DNA from: a virus
Lineage: Duplodnaviria; Caudoviricetes
IMG/VR virus record: IMGVR_UViG_3300028048_000001
Span: 210,242 to 274,241 of that record
Reading direction: 5' to 3' (one strand)
DNA: 64,000 nucleotides
Part shown: positions 19,623 through 28,448 of the stretch, piece by piece
Layout: every line of letters begins with the position of its first letter
Position numbering within the stretch: position 1 is the first letter of the stretch
Made by a program: the position numbers and the translations under genes
Notes under the pieces: generated by a model
Databases searched by the model: none
The model's input: the letters and a program-made list of their open reading frames with translations, nothing else
What the model was told of the DNA's origin: nothing

Positions 19623-20562
19623 ATGGCTATATTTTCAATTAATAATATTCAAAAGATAATTCCTACTTCTATTTCTTCTAATCAAAGATCTGTAGTATAT
19701 TTTTACTAGAGATATTTCTCCATTAGGACTTATTAAAATTTATCAAGCTCTTAATATAGATCTTAAACCTAATGTAGCAGTAAAAATTTCTACAGGAGAA
19801 GCAGGAAATCCTCATTATCTTCAACCTTCTCTTATTGGTCCTTTGATTCATTATCTTGATGGAACTATTGTAGAATGTTCTACAGCTTATCCAGGATCAA
19901 AAAGAATGAAAATATCTGATTATCTTCAAACCATTAAAGATCATGGGTTTTTTGAAATTTCTAGTGTAGATCTTATGGATGATCCAGATGAAATAGAAAT
20001 TCCTGTAAAAAATGGATATCATTTAAAAGAAAATATTATTGGCGCAGATTTAAAACGATATAATTCTTTACTTATTCTTTCTCATTCTAAAATGCATAAA
20101 ATGGCTGGATTTGGATCTGCTATGAAAAATATGGCAATAGGAATTGCATCTAGAAGAGGAAAAATTCAAATTCATACAGCAGGAAAAGGAACAGAATGGG
20201 GTGATTTTGAACATACTGAGCAAGATCATTTTATAGAATCTATGGTTGATGTATGTAGTTCAGTAATAGATTTTATGGGAAAAGATAATATTACATATAT
20301 TTCTGTAGCAAATAATATTTCTATAGATTGTGATTGTGATTCAAAACCACATAAACCAGAAGTTCCAGATATTGGTATATTTGCTTCTAGAGATATTGTA
20401 GCAGTTGATCAAGCATTTATTGATGCTCTTTATAAACTTCCAGATAGTGGTGGTAAAGAAAGATTACTTGCTAGACTTAAAGAAAGAAATGGTGAGCATA
20501 TTTTAGATGCTGCTAAAGAAAAAGGATTGGGAAATAGAGATTATGATCTCAAAATAATTTAA
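19623..20562 (+). pseudogene. DUF362-family (Fe-S-associated) protein with a +1 frameshift
   Basis: The ATG 19623 frame stops at TAG 19707. Removing one T from the T5 run at 19700-19704 restores VYFTRDISP...VAVKISTGE in frame with the 19843 ORF (ECSTAY, DCDC). Confidence 0.75.
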
Positions 20563-20575
20563 ATAGGTGAAATAT

Positions 20576-20845
20576 ATGATTCATAATAAACAATATGAAA
20601 TTACTTTAGAAGAAGCTAAATTATTAAACATAGATTATAAACTTCCATTAGATTTTTCTTCTACTATTACTAATCCGATTAAAGATGGTAATAGTTTATG
20701 GATTGGAGCTTTAAGAGATAAGAGTTTTGATATTAATAAATTTAATAAATATATTGAAGCGCTTTCTGTGATAATTAAAAATAAAGGTATATTAAGCAAT
20801 ACTATTGCTGTAGATAAAGCTTTCAATATATGGTTTAGTATATAA
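20576..20845 (+). CDS. Hypothetical protein
   Basis: ~90-aa ORF after an AGGTGA SD. Confidence 0.55.
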   Translation: MIHNKQYEITLEEAKLLNIDYKLPLDFSSTITNPIKDGNSLWIGALRDKSFDINKFNKYIEALSVIIKNKGILSNTIAVDKAFNIWFSI

Positions 20846-20858
20846 ATGCAGAAAAGAG

Positions 20859-21341
20859 ATGGCAATATTTACAATGGACTTCATAAATGAATATACTAAA
20901 TTAAAATCTTCTGATAAGCAAAAGATTATATTATATAGATTACATCATGAAAATCAAGATGGTAAATTAGCAATTCCTAAAGTACCAGATAATTACTTTA
21001 CTAAAAATGGATATGAAGAAAATAAAACTCCTAGAGTATGTTTTGGTCCTAGTATAGGAAAATGCTTGATGGCATTAAGTAGAAACTGTACTAACGAAGA
21101 GTATTATGTTTATATTCCAGAGCCAGGAAGTAATTTTGATGTATATAAACCAACTTTAAATGAAGTACCAGATTCTGGCATTACTGGAGAATTGTGGGTT
21201 TTAAATAAAGTAAAACAAAAATATATTGGTAAAATTAAAGTAATTAGTGATGACGGAAAACCTGGTCATAAATTCAATTATGGAGATGGAAAATCTGCAG
21301 AATTATATGGCTGGAAATATAAATGGATAGAGAGATATTAA
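20859..21341 (+). CDS. Hypothetical phage protein (PRVCF...GELW motif) with MAIF N-terminus
   Basis: 160-aa ORF. Confidence 0.65.
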   Translation: MAIFTMDFINEYTKLKSSDKQKIILYRLHHENQDGKLAIPKVPDNYFTKNGYEENKTPRVCFGPSIGKCLMALSRNCTNEEYYVYIPEPGSNFDVYKPTLNEVPDSGITGELWVLNKVKQKYIGKIKVISDDGKPGHKFNYGDGKSAELYGWKYKWIERY

Positions 21342-21345
21342 TTAA

Positions 21346-21786
21346 ATGGCTATATTTTATTTAAGTGATTCTTCTATTAATAATTATCGAAAAATAAAAT
21401 CTTTAAATGAATCTAAAGATAATAAAAATAGAAAATTTAATATTTATGGTAGAGCAAATGGAGAAAATCCAAAACTTAAATTAGATACATCTAATTTAAG
21501 TAATATGAAAAAAGATCTTATTAAAATTGCTAATAAAAATAAATTTACCGATTATGATTATGAAATTTGGTGTCCATCAGATTATACAAAAGATCAAATA
21601 GATGATAAAAAATCTTTATTAATTGGATATTGTTATGTAGATGAAGGAGATAATTATATAGTATATTCAAATAAAAATGATAAATTTTATTTATGTGGTG
21701 ATGGTGGAGATTTAAATGATTTAGTTGAATATTCACTTAAACATATTAAAGAGATTATTGATGAATTTCAAAGTAGATATTTTTAA
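21346..21786 (+). CDS. Hypothetical protein with MAIF N-terminus
   Basis: 146-aa ORF. Confidence 0.6.
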   Translation: MAIFYLSDSSINNYRKIKSLNESKDNKNRKFNIYGRANGENPKLKLDTSNLSNMKKDLIKIANKNKFTDYDYEIWCPSDYTKDQIDDKKSLLIGYCYVDEGDNYIVYSNKNDKFYLCGDGGDLNDLVEYSLKHIKEIIDEFQSRYF

Positions 21787-21820
21787 TATTATTTAATTTA
21801 AATAATAAAGGAGATTAATT

Positions 21821-22558
21821 ATGCCAACAATTTCTCCAGAAAAAAGAAAACAATGTGAAGAGCTTATCTATAAAACTTTTGATGCTATAGATCCTACTGG
21901 AGCTAATACAGAATACTATCAAACTCTTCTTTCTAATATGACAGATGATCAATTTACTAAACTTATTTCTGGTAGATTACCTTTTAGATATCATGTATCT
22001 CCTTTTAATAATGAACCAAAAATGCCAGATATTATTAATGCATTTAAAGTTTTAAATAAACCTCTTATAGAAAAAGTAAAATTGCCATATTTAGCACAAG
22101 ATAAAAATGGAAGACCAATTGAATCTAAAGAATGTTTAGTTGGTTATATGAATATTAAAAGACTTAAACAGATGCTTACTAAAAAGAATAATACTGCTAT
22201 CGAAATATCTAATAGAGATATGAAAACTGGCAGATTATTAAGAAATGATAAAGGTGGTACAGAATCTAATAAAGAATTTGAAGGAGCTTTAGCATTAGGT
22301 CTTGAAAGAACTACAGAAGAATATGCTAGAATCAAAGCTGCTGCTATGAAAGCTAAAGCCGAAGCTTATAATACAATTAATGTAAAAGGAGAAGTAAGTT
22401 TTAAAGATATAGATACGGATAGAGTAGATAGTATAGCTAAAAGTACAATGAATATATATTTAATCGGAGCAGGATTACATAGTAATCTAATAGATGAAGA
22501 TTATTTTACTCCACATAGTTTAGAAAGAAAGAAAAAGAGATTTGAAAGAGAATATTAA
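21821..22558 (+). CDS. Protein resembling the C-terminal part of RNAP beta (possible small virion RNAP subunit)
   Basis: CLVGYMNIKRLKQMLTKK...RDMKTGRLLRNDKGG...EFEGALALG parallels beta VGYMY.LKL.H...TQQP..G...GG..GEME..AL. Confidence 0.5.
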   Translation: MPTISPEKRKQCEELIYKTFDAIDPTGANTEYYQTLLSNMTDDQFTKLISGRLPFRYHVSPFNNEPKMPDIINAFKVLNKPLIEKVKLPYLAQDKNGRPIESKECLVGYMNIKRLKQMLTKKNNTAIEISNRDMKTGRLLRNDKGGTESNKEFEGALALGLERTTEEYARIKAAAMKAKAEAYNTINVKGEVSFKDIDTDRVDSIAKSTMNIYLIGAGLHSNLIDEDYFTPHSLERKKKRFEREY

Positions 22559-22567
22559 ATAAAAAAA

Positions 22568-22594
22568 TAAAGAGGGATTTATTATCCCTCTTTG
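22568..22594 (+). terminator. Intrinsic terminator
   Basis: AAAGAGGGAT...ATCCCTCTTT followed by a T tract. Confidence 0.7.
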
Positions 22595-22880
22595 TTTTTT
22601 TATTTAAATTTTTATTCTTCTTTTCTCTAATTCATATATAAAATTCTGATTTGTTATTTTACTAAATATTATATATTTTAAAAATAAATGCTAGGCTCAT
22701 ATAGAGCCTAGCTGGGAGAAAATAAAAATGAATCAAAAGTATGTCATTAAAAAACAGGTAATAGACATACAAGGGCCCACCTCAGCACCATAAGCGAGCA
22801 CTTTATATATCTGTTAAATCAAAATCTCACATTATATAGTTATTAAAATTAATTTTAATAATATATAATTAATATTAATT

Positions 22881-23849
22881 TTATTCATTAAATATATTTT
22901 TAAAATTAGCTTTAACTTTACCAGTATTCACATTACAATAAATCATTGTTGTGTCTAATTTAGAGTGACCTAAAAGTTCTTTAATTTGTTCAATTGGCAT
23001 ACCTTTATCCATAGCATGAGTTGCCATAGTTCGTCTAAATCTGTGAGGATGAACATTATCAACTCCGCTTTTTAAACCTAATTCTTTTAGGATAAGTTGT
23101 GCTGCTCTTATTGTTAATTTCTTTTTTGGTTTATCTAGATGACTAAATAGTGGTTCTTCTGGTTGAGCGTTTCTCTCATTTAAATAAATTTTTAACCATT
23201 TTATACATATATTAGATAAGTAAACTATTCGTTCTTTATGACCTTTACCAAAAACTACAACTTCTCCTTCTGAGAAGTCTATATCTTGAACATATAAACT
23301 TAAAGCTTCTGATATTCTACATCCAGTAGAATAAAGAAATTCTAGAAATGCTCTATCTCTGCTATTATTACATACTGATCTTAATAAAGTTATATCTTCT
23401 TCAGTAAAAGCTTTTTTAACTTTCTTTTCAACTATTATTTTCTCTATTCTATGACATGGATTTCTTTCTATGAATTCTTCATTTACTAGAAAATCATAGA
23501 AAGCTGATATAAATCGTATCATAGTTTGAGTTGTACTTGCTTGTAAATTATGTTCTTGTACATAATATGATAAATAATTTTTAATATCAGATGTAGTTAA
23601 TTCGGTTAAATTTCTGTTTGGATAAAATTTTCCTAATTTTCTTGCTTCTGATGTATAATGTAATATAGAAGATTGAGATAAACCAACCAGTTTTTTATTT
23701 TGTATGAATCTGTCTATCAATTCTTCATTTGGTAGAGAGTTTCTTGTAGTTTTGAGAATGATTTCTAATACATTTTTGAGTTTAGCCAGTTGATATTCGT
23801 TTAAATCTGGCTCCATTAATTTTAGAATCATTTCTACATTACTTACCAT
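22881..23849 (-). CDS. Tyrosine recombinase (XerC/D-like, N-terminal SAM-like domain)
   Basis: Intact catalytic set: STGCRISE, GKGHKER, HPHRFRRT, LLGHSKLDTTMIY. Confidence 0.95.
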   Translation of the reverse strand: MVSNVEMILKLMEPDLNEYQLAKLKNVLEIILKTTRNSLPNEELIDRFIQNKKLVGLSQSSILHYTSEARKLGKFYPNRNLTELTTSDIKNYLSYYVQEHNLQASTTQTMIRFISAFYDFLVNEEFIERNPCHRIEKIIVEKKVKKAFTEEDITLLRSVCNNSRDRAFLEFLYSTGCRISEALSLYVQDIDFSEGEVVVFGKGHKERIVYLSNICIKWLKIYLNERNAQPEEPLFSHLDKPKKKLTIRAAQLILKELGLKSGVDNVHPHRFRRTMATHAMDKGMPIEQIKELLGHSKLDTTMIYCNVNTGKVKANFKNIFNE

Positions 23850-23911
23850 ATTTATAAAAAATATCCTTTCTAAAAAATCATGTTTTTAAATTATTTAAGG
23901 AGGACATAATT

Positions 23912-24337
23912 ATGTCGAAAGTCATTTTATCTACTGGATATGAGTTTACCCTTGCTGATAATGGTTATGGAGCATCTGATAATAGTGTTAATTTCACCAT
24001 TATTTGTAATGATAAAACTCTTGAAGAAATTGAAACTGCTTTTACTGGTGTTGAAGAGTTTAAAGTTGCTCTTGGAAATGATGGAGAAGATCCAAATTTC
24101 ATTGCTAAATATTATGGATTCACTGCAATTAGTGAAATTGCAAAATATCCAAGATTTAGTAATGGAATAGATCCAGAAACCGGAGAAGAAATATTCAATA
24201 CTGCTGTTACTGTTGTATGTATTAAGAAAGCTGTTGAAGACAGACTTAATGATATTGAAGAGTCTGTTGATGATATAGTTTCTATGATTCTCGGTGGAGA
24301 TGATCTTTTCCCTGCTGATGAAGAAGGTGAAGTGTAA
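23912..24337 (+). CDS. Acidic hypothetical protein (XkdW-like position; tail-fibre-associated?)
   Basis: 141 aa, AGGAGG SD, C-terminal coiled coil; followed by an XkdX-like gene. Confidence 0.55.
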   Translation: MSKVILSTGYEFTLADNGYGASDNSVNFTIICNDKTLEEIETAFTGVEEFKVALGNDGEDPNFIAKYYGFTAISEIAKYPRFSNGIDPETGEEIFNTAVTVVCIKKAVEDRLNDIEESVDDIVSMILGGDDLFPADEEGEV

Positions 24338-24425
24338 GCCTATCAAAAAATTTCACTAGAATAATAAAAAATAATATATCCTAATAAATATATTGATCTT
24401 ATATATAATAAGGAGGATTTTTAAT

Positions 24426-24554
24426 ATGTATACTACTCTTCTTAGAATGCGTAGAAAAGGAAAACTTACCGATCAACAGGTAGATCAAGCTGTTGCAAAG
24501 GGTTGGATCACCAGTGCTCAAGGAGAATATATTAAATCTATTCCTAATGGCTAA
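24426..24554 (+). CDS. XkdX-like small phage protein
   Basis: Manual translation MYTTLLRMRRKGKLTDQQVDQAVAKGWITSAQGEYIKSIPNG after an AGGAGG SD; has the V.KGWIT motif. Confidence 0.7.
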   Translation: MYTTLLRMRRKGKLTDQQVDQAVAKGWITSAQGEYIKSIPNG

Positions 24555-24571
24555 TTATATAAAAAGAATAT

Positions 24572-24603
24572 AAAAGGGTAAGAGGATTTTCCTCTTACCC
24601 TTT
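24572..24603. terminator. Bidirectional terminator
   Basis: AAAGGGTAAGAGGA...TCCTCTTACCCTTT. Confidence 0.75.
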
Positions 24604-24608
24604 GTTTA

Positions 24609-26981
24609 TTATTTAAGAATTTCTGCTTTTAAAATAATATCAGATTTTGTATTAATTATCTTTTCACCTTTACTTATAGATGAAGCTAAATTAATATCTT
24701 TTACTTTTATTTGTAAATTATTACTTGTTGTAGTAATACTTAAAACATCATTATCTGTTACACCAAATACTTTATATATTCTATCGTTTTTTCCTAAATC
24801 TATTACTTTACTTCCAGCTTTATTTCTTTGAGATCTTTCAAATCCACTAGTAAGGAATTTATTTACTTTACCAGATTCGGTTACTACTAATATATATTTA
24901 GTAGGATTATTTTTATCTGTGTAAATAATACTCATTCCCTCCATTGGACCATGTTTTCCTCCCATACCTAAAGTTCCAATAGTATTTCTTTTTAATAAAG
25001 ATACATCTTTGGTAGATATTCTTAATGCTTTATCTACACTATAAAGAATAAGATCCATATTATCAGAAATTATTTGAGTACTTACAATATCATCATCTGG
25101 AATTATTTTAGAATATATAATTCCACTAGGAGGTACATTAAGAAAATCTTGAATATCGAGCTTCTTTAAAGTATTATTTTTAGATAATATAGCAATATAT
25201 ATTTTTTGTTTAAGCTTAGATAATGTAATTAATTGTGGTTCATATATAACAGAAATAATGTCTGCTGTAAGTCCTTTTAAAACTCCTTTAATATCAATAC
25301 CTGGATCCGATTTAGATATTATTGGAATCTTATGAATAGGTAATTTAAAAACTCTTCCTTTATTATCAAATAAAATAAGATTTTCTATATTACTAACATT
25401 TACAACAAACTTTGGTCTATCTCCTTTTATAATATTTACCGGATCATTTTCCATTAGTTTTCTAATATAGTTATTTTCAGTAATAACCATTTTAAAATTA
25501 CCATCTGGAATATTTCCCAAATTACTTACTTTAATTACTTTACATATTCTATTTCTTCCATATTTTTTCTTAATTGCAATTAATTCATTTCTTACATCAT
25601 CTAAAATTAGTGAATCATTTGATAATCTATCTTCAAGCCATTTCTCTTCATTAGATAATTTATCAAATTCTTCTTTATATTTAGCAAAATATCCTCTGGA
25701 TAATTGTTTAATTTGTGCATTAATAATATAAGAAGCTTGAATATTTGTTAATCCATATTTTTTGATTAATAATTCAATTAATTCATTATCTGTAGATTCT
25801 TTTCTTTTCTTAATAAGATCAATAATTTTATCAATATCTTTAGAACCTACAACTTTAATAAATGCATCTAATCTATGTAATCTTGTTGATACAACATAAT
25901 TTCTTGCTGCATATTCTTTAATTTTATTATTAATAGCAAATTGAATAAATAGATTAATATATTCTTTATAAGATAATCTTACAAGTTCTGTTCCTAAAAC
26001 AACTTCAAAATTTACTCTAAAAGATTGTTCACATGGAGTATATTTGTAAAGAGCTTCTTTAACAAAATTTACATCAGTACCTTTCTTGAGTTTAATTACT
26101 ATTCTTACTCCATATTCATTTTTAGATTCATCATTAATATCTATAATTTGAGGGAATTTTCCATTATCAATTCCTTCTTCAATTTTAGATACTACATTTG
26201 AAGTGCCATAAGATGGTAATGATGTTATAGTAATATATGGATAATCATTTTTATCATAAGTGACTTCCATAGTAGCTCTAGCTCTATAATTACCTTGCCC
26301 TTTATTACAAATATTTTGCCAATCTGTATCTATAATATCACAAGGTAAGCAATGATCAGGAATTAAAATAACAGGACTTTTAGGATTATCAATTACTCTT
26401 AAAGTAGCATCTATTACTTCATTTATACAATGTGATGGAAGATCGGCTTTAACACCAGTACCTATTCCTCCCAAAATTCCATTAATAAGAAGCAATGGAA
26501 CTTTTACAGGCAAGTACTGAGGTTCATATCTTTCATTTGTATAAGTAGGGTTCCAATCTACTACTTCTTTGTTATTTGCTAAAGATCCACATACACATTC
26601 GAGTCCAAATGGATTTAATCCACATTCGGTATATCTTGCTGCAGATTGTGGATCACCAGCTACAGATCCCCATCCACCTTGACCATTTACTATAGGCATT
26701 TTAATCTCAAAATAATTAATTAAAGTTTTAAATGATGGATATGAACTACCATGAGGATGATAGTTTCCCATAACAACACCATCGACTTTTTGAGATTTAA
26801 CTGTTTTTGGATATAATGCTTTTTCATCATTTAATAATGTATAAATAATTCTTCTCGTAACAGGTTTTAATCCATCTCTAGCATCTGGTAATGCTCTTAC
26901 CAAATTAACAGCTAACGTATATAATGCTAAATCAGATATATATTGATCATGGGCTATATGTTTGAGTATCCGTTCTGCCAT
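24609..26981 (-). CDS. gyrA: Type II topoisomerase / DNA gyrase subunit A
   Basis: RALPDARDGLKPVTRRI, GNYHPHG, AARYTE; beta-pinwheel-like C-terminus. Confidence 0.92.
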   Translation of the reverse strand: MAERILKHIAHDQYISDLALYTLAVNLVRALPDARDGLKPVTRRIIYTLLNDEKALYPKTVKSQKVDGVVMGNYHPHGSSYPSFKTLINYFEIKMPIVNGQGGWGSVAGDPQSAARYTECGLNPFGLECVCGSLANNKEVVDWNPTYTNERYEPQYLPVKVPLLLINGILGGIGTGVKADLPSHCINEVIDATLRVIDNPKSPVILIPDHCLPCDIIDTDWQNICNKGQGNYRARATMEVTYDKNDYPYITITSLPSYGTSNVVSKIEEGIDNGKFPQIIDINDESKNEYGVRIVIKLKKGTDVNFVKEALYKYTPCEQSFRVNFEVVLGTELVRLSYKEYINLFIQFAINNKIKEYAARNYVVSTRLHRLDAFIKVVGSKDIDKIIDLIKKRKESTDNELIELLIKKYGLTNIQASYIINAQIKQLSRGYFAKYKEEFDKLSNEEKWLEDRLSNDSLILDDVRNELIAIKKKYGRNRICKVIKVSNLGNIPDGNFKMVITENNYIRKLMENDPVNIIKGDRPKFVVNVSNIENLILFDNKGRVFKLPIHKIPIISKSDPGIDIKGVLKGLTADIISVIYEPQLITLSKLKQKIYIAILSKNNTLKKLDIQDFLNVPPSGIIYSKIIPDDDIVSTQIISDNMDLILYSVDKALRISTKDVSLLKRNTIGTLGMGGKHGPMEGMSIIYTDKNNPTKYILVVTESGKVNKFLTSGFERSQRNKAGSKVIDLGKNDRIYKVFGVTDNDVLSITTTSNNLQIKVKDINLASSISKGEKIINTKSDIILKAEILK

Positions 26982-26997
26982 TATAAAATACTCTCCT

Positions 26998-27330
26998 TTA
27001 AGATATAAAAGGTTTATTAAAAATTAATCTATTTCTTAAAAAACGTTCAATAATACAATCGATACTATCAAAATCAATTAATTGATAATATGGAACATTA
27101 TCTGATCTAAACATCGGAATTAATAAACCTTTTTCAACAAGAGTAGGTTTAAATTCTATTACTGTACCGTCTTCTTTTGATATTTTAAAAGATTCTGATA
27201 CTAATATACCTTCAAAAAGTCCACCTTTTGAAAATTTAACAGATATATTTTCAAAATTTATATTATTAGAAGAATCATTTTCTTTGTTATTTATATCATT
27301 TTCTTTACTATTTATATTATTTTCTCCCAT
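26998..27330 (-). CDS. Hypothetical protein
   Basis: ~110 aa. Shares EKGLLIP with the KEGLLIP of 42772-42981. Confidence 0.6.
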   Translation of the reverse strand: MGENNINSKENDINNKENDSSNNINFENISVKFSKGGLFEGILVSESFKISKEDGTVIEFKPTLVEKGLLIPMFRSDNVPYYQLIDFDSIDCIIERFLRNRLIFNKPFIS

Positions 27331-27345
27331 TTTATACACCTCTAA

Positions 27346-27834
27346 TTATTTTAATCTGTTTATGAGTTTTCCTTCTTCTTGTGTACCAATATTATTAAGA
27401 ATAAAATTTTTATCAGAGTAATCATCTATATATATACAAATATCAGAATTACCATAAGATTTAGTAGGAATATTATTAAAAATTATATTCCAAAAATCAG
27501 CTTTATATAAATGCTCTTTTTCAATTCTGATACCTTCTAAACCATCTTTAATAGATCCATAAGCTTCTGGAACTAATGATAAAGCCCCAGCTTGTGTAAA
27601 TAATAAAGTTTGTTTATCATATTCTTTTTCAATATATTCTTTTAACACATCTTCAATATTAAAATTTTGTTTAGTGATTATTTTATGAATCCAAATAACA
27701 TTACCTTTATAATCACTATAATTACTTATATCATAAATTATAGGTCTTACTCTTTCATTTTCTATTTTTTCTGATATTTTATATTTAAAGAACTTAATAG
27801 TTCCTGAATTAAGATTAATATTTTCTGCTTTCAT
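27346..27834 (-). CDS. Hypothetical protein
   Basis: 162-aa ORF. Confidence 0.6.
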   Translation of the reverse strand: MKAENINLNSGTIKFFKYKISEKIENERVRPIIYDISNYSDYKGNVIWIHKIITKQNFNIEDVLKEYIEKEYDKQTLLFTQAGALSLVPEAYGSIKDGLEGIRIEKEHLYKADFWNIIFNNIPTKSYGNSDICIYIDDYSDKNFILNNIGTQEEGKLINRLK

Positions 27835-27839
27835 TACTA

Positions 27840-28358
27840 TTAATTCTCCTTTAATTTCTTTTTAAGATTATTAATAACACTAATTTTAGCATTATCATCA
27901 TTAAATTTTAATAATCCATCATTAATAGATACACCATTAATATCTAAAGAATAACTATTTGGTTTATTTAAATTTATACAAATAGGTTCTTGATATTCAT
28001 TTGTAGTAACTACAGTAGTTTCATATAAATACCATTCTATTAAATTACCAAATTCATCAATCTGTATCTTTCCGCGATATGTTTTGCTATTTTTATCTAT
28101 ATTACAAAATTCAAATTCAAAATTAAATGATTTTGAAAACGCTTTTGTAATATCACAATCATATCTGTTTATGCTTTTTTCTTTTATATATAAAGCTCTT
28201 GTATATGAAATATTAATAATATATTCCTTTGGCTCTTCATTTACAAATAAAATTCTTTTTATGAACATATTTGCATTTTTAATTGCTGATTGAATATCAG
28301 TATCATAATCAGTAATAATAAGCTTTCCATAATCTTTTAATTTAATTTCATTTAACAT
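27840..28358 (-). CDS. Hypothetical protein
   Basis: 172-aa ORF with AAGGAG SD. Confidence 0.65.
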   Translation of the reverse strand: MLNEIKLKDYGKLIITDYDTDIQSAIKNANMFIKRILFVNEEPKEYIINISYTRALYIKEKSINRYDCDITKAFSKSFNFEFEFCNIDKNSKTYRGKIQIDEFGNLIEWYLYETTVVTTNEYQEPICINLNKPNSYSLDINGVSINDGLLKFNDDNAKISVINNLKKKLKEN

Positions 28359-28448
28359 TTTTACTTTCTCCTTAAAAAATTAAAAGGGACTATATTTCAA
28401 GTCCCATTATTAATCATATCAATTTTATAATATCTATTTGATAAATAT

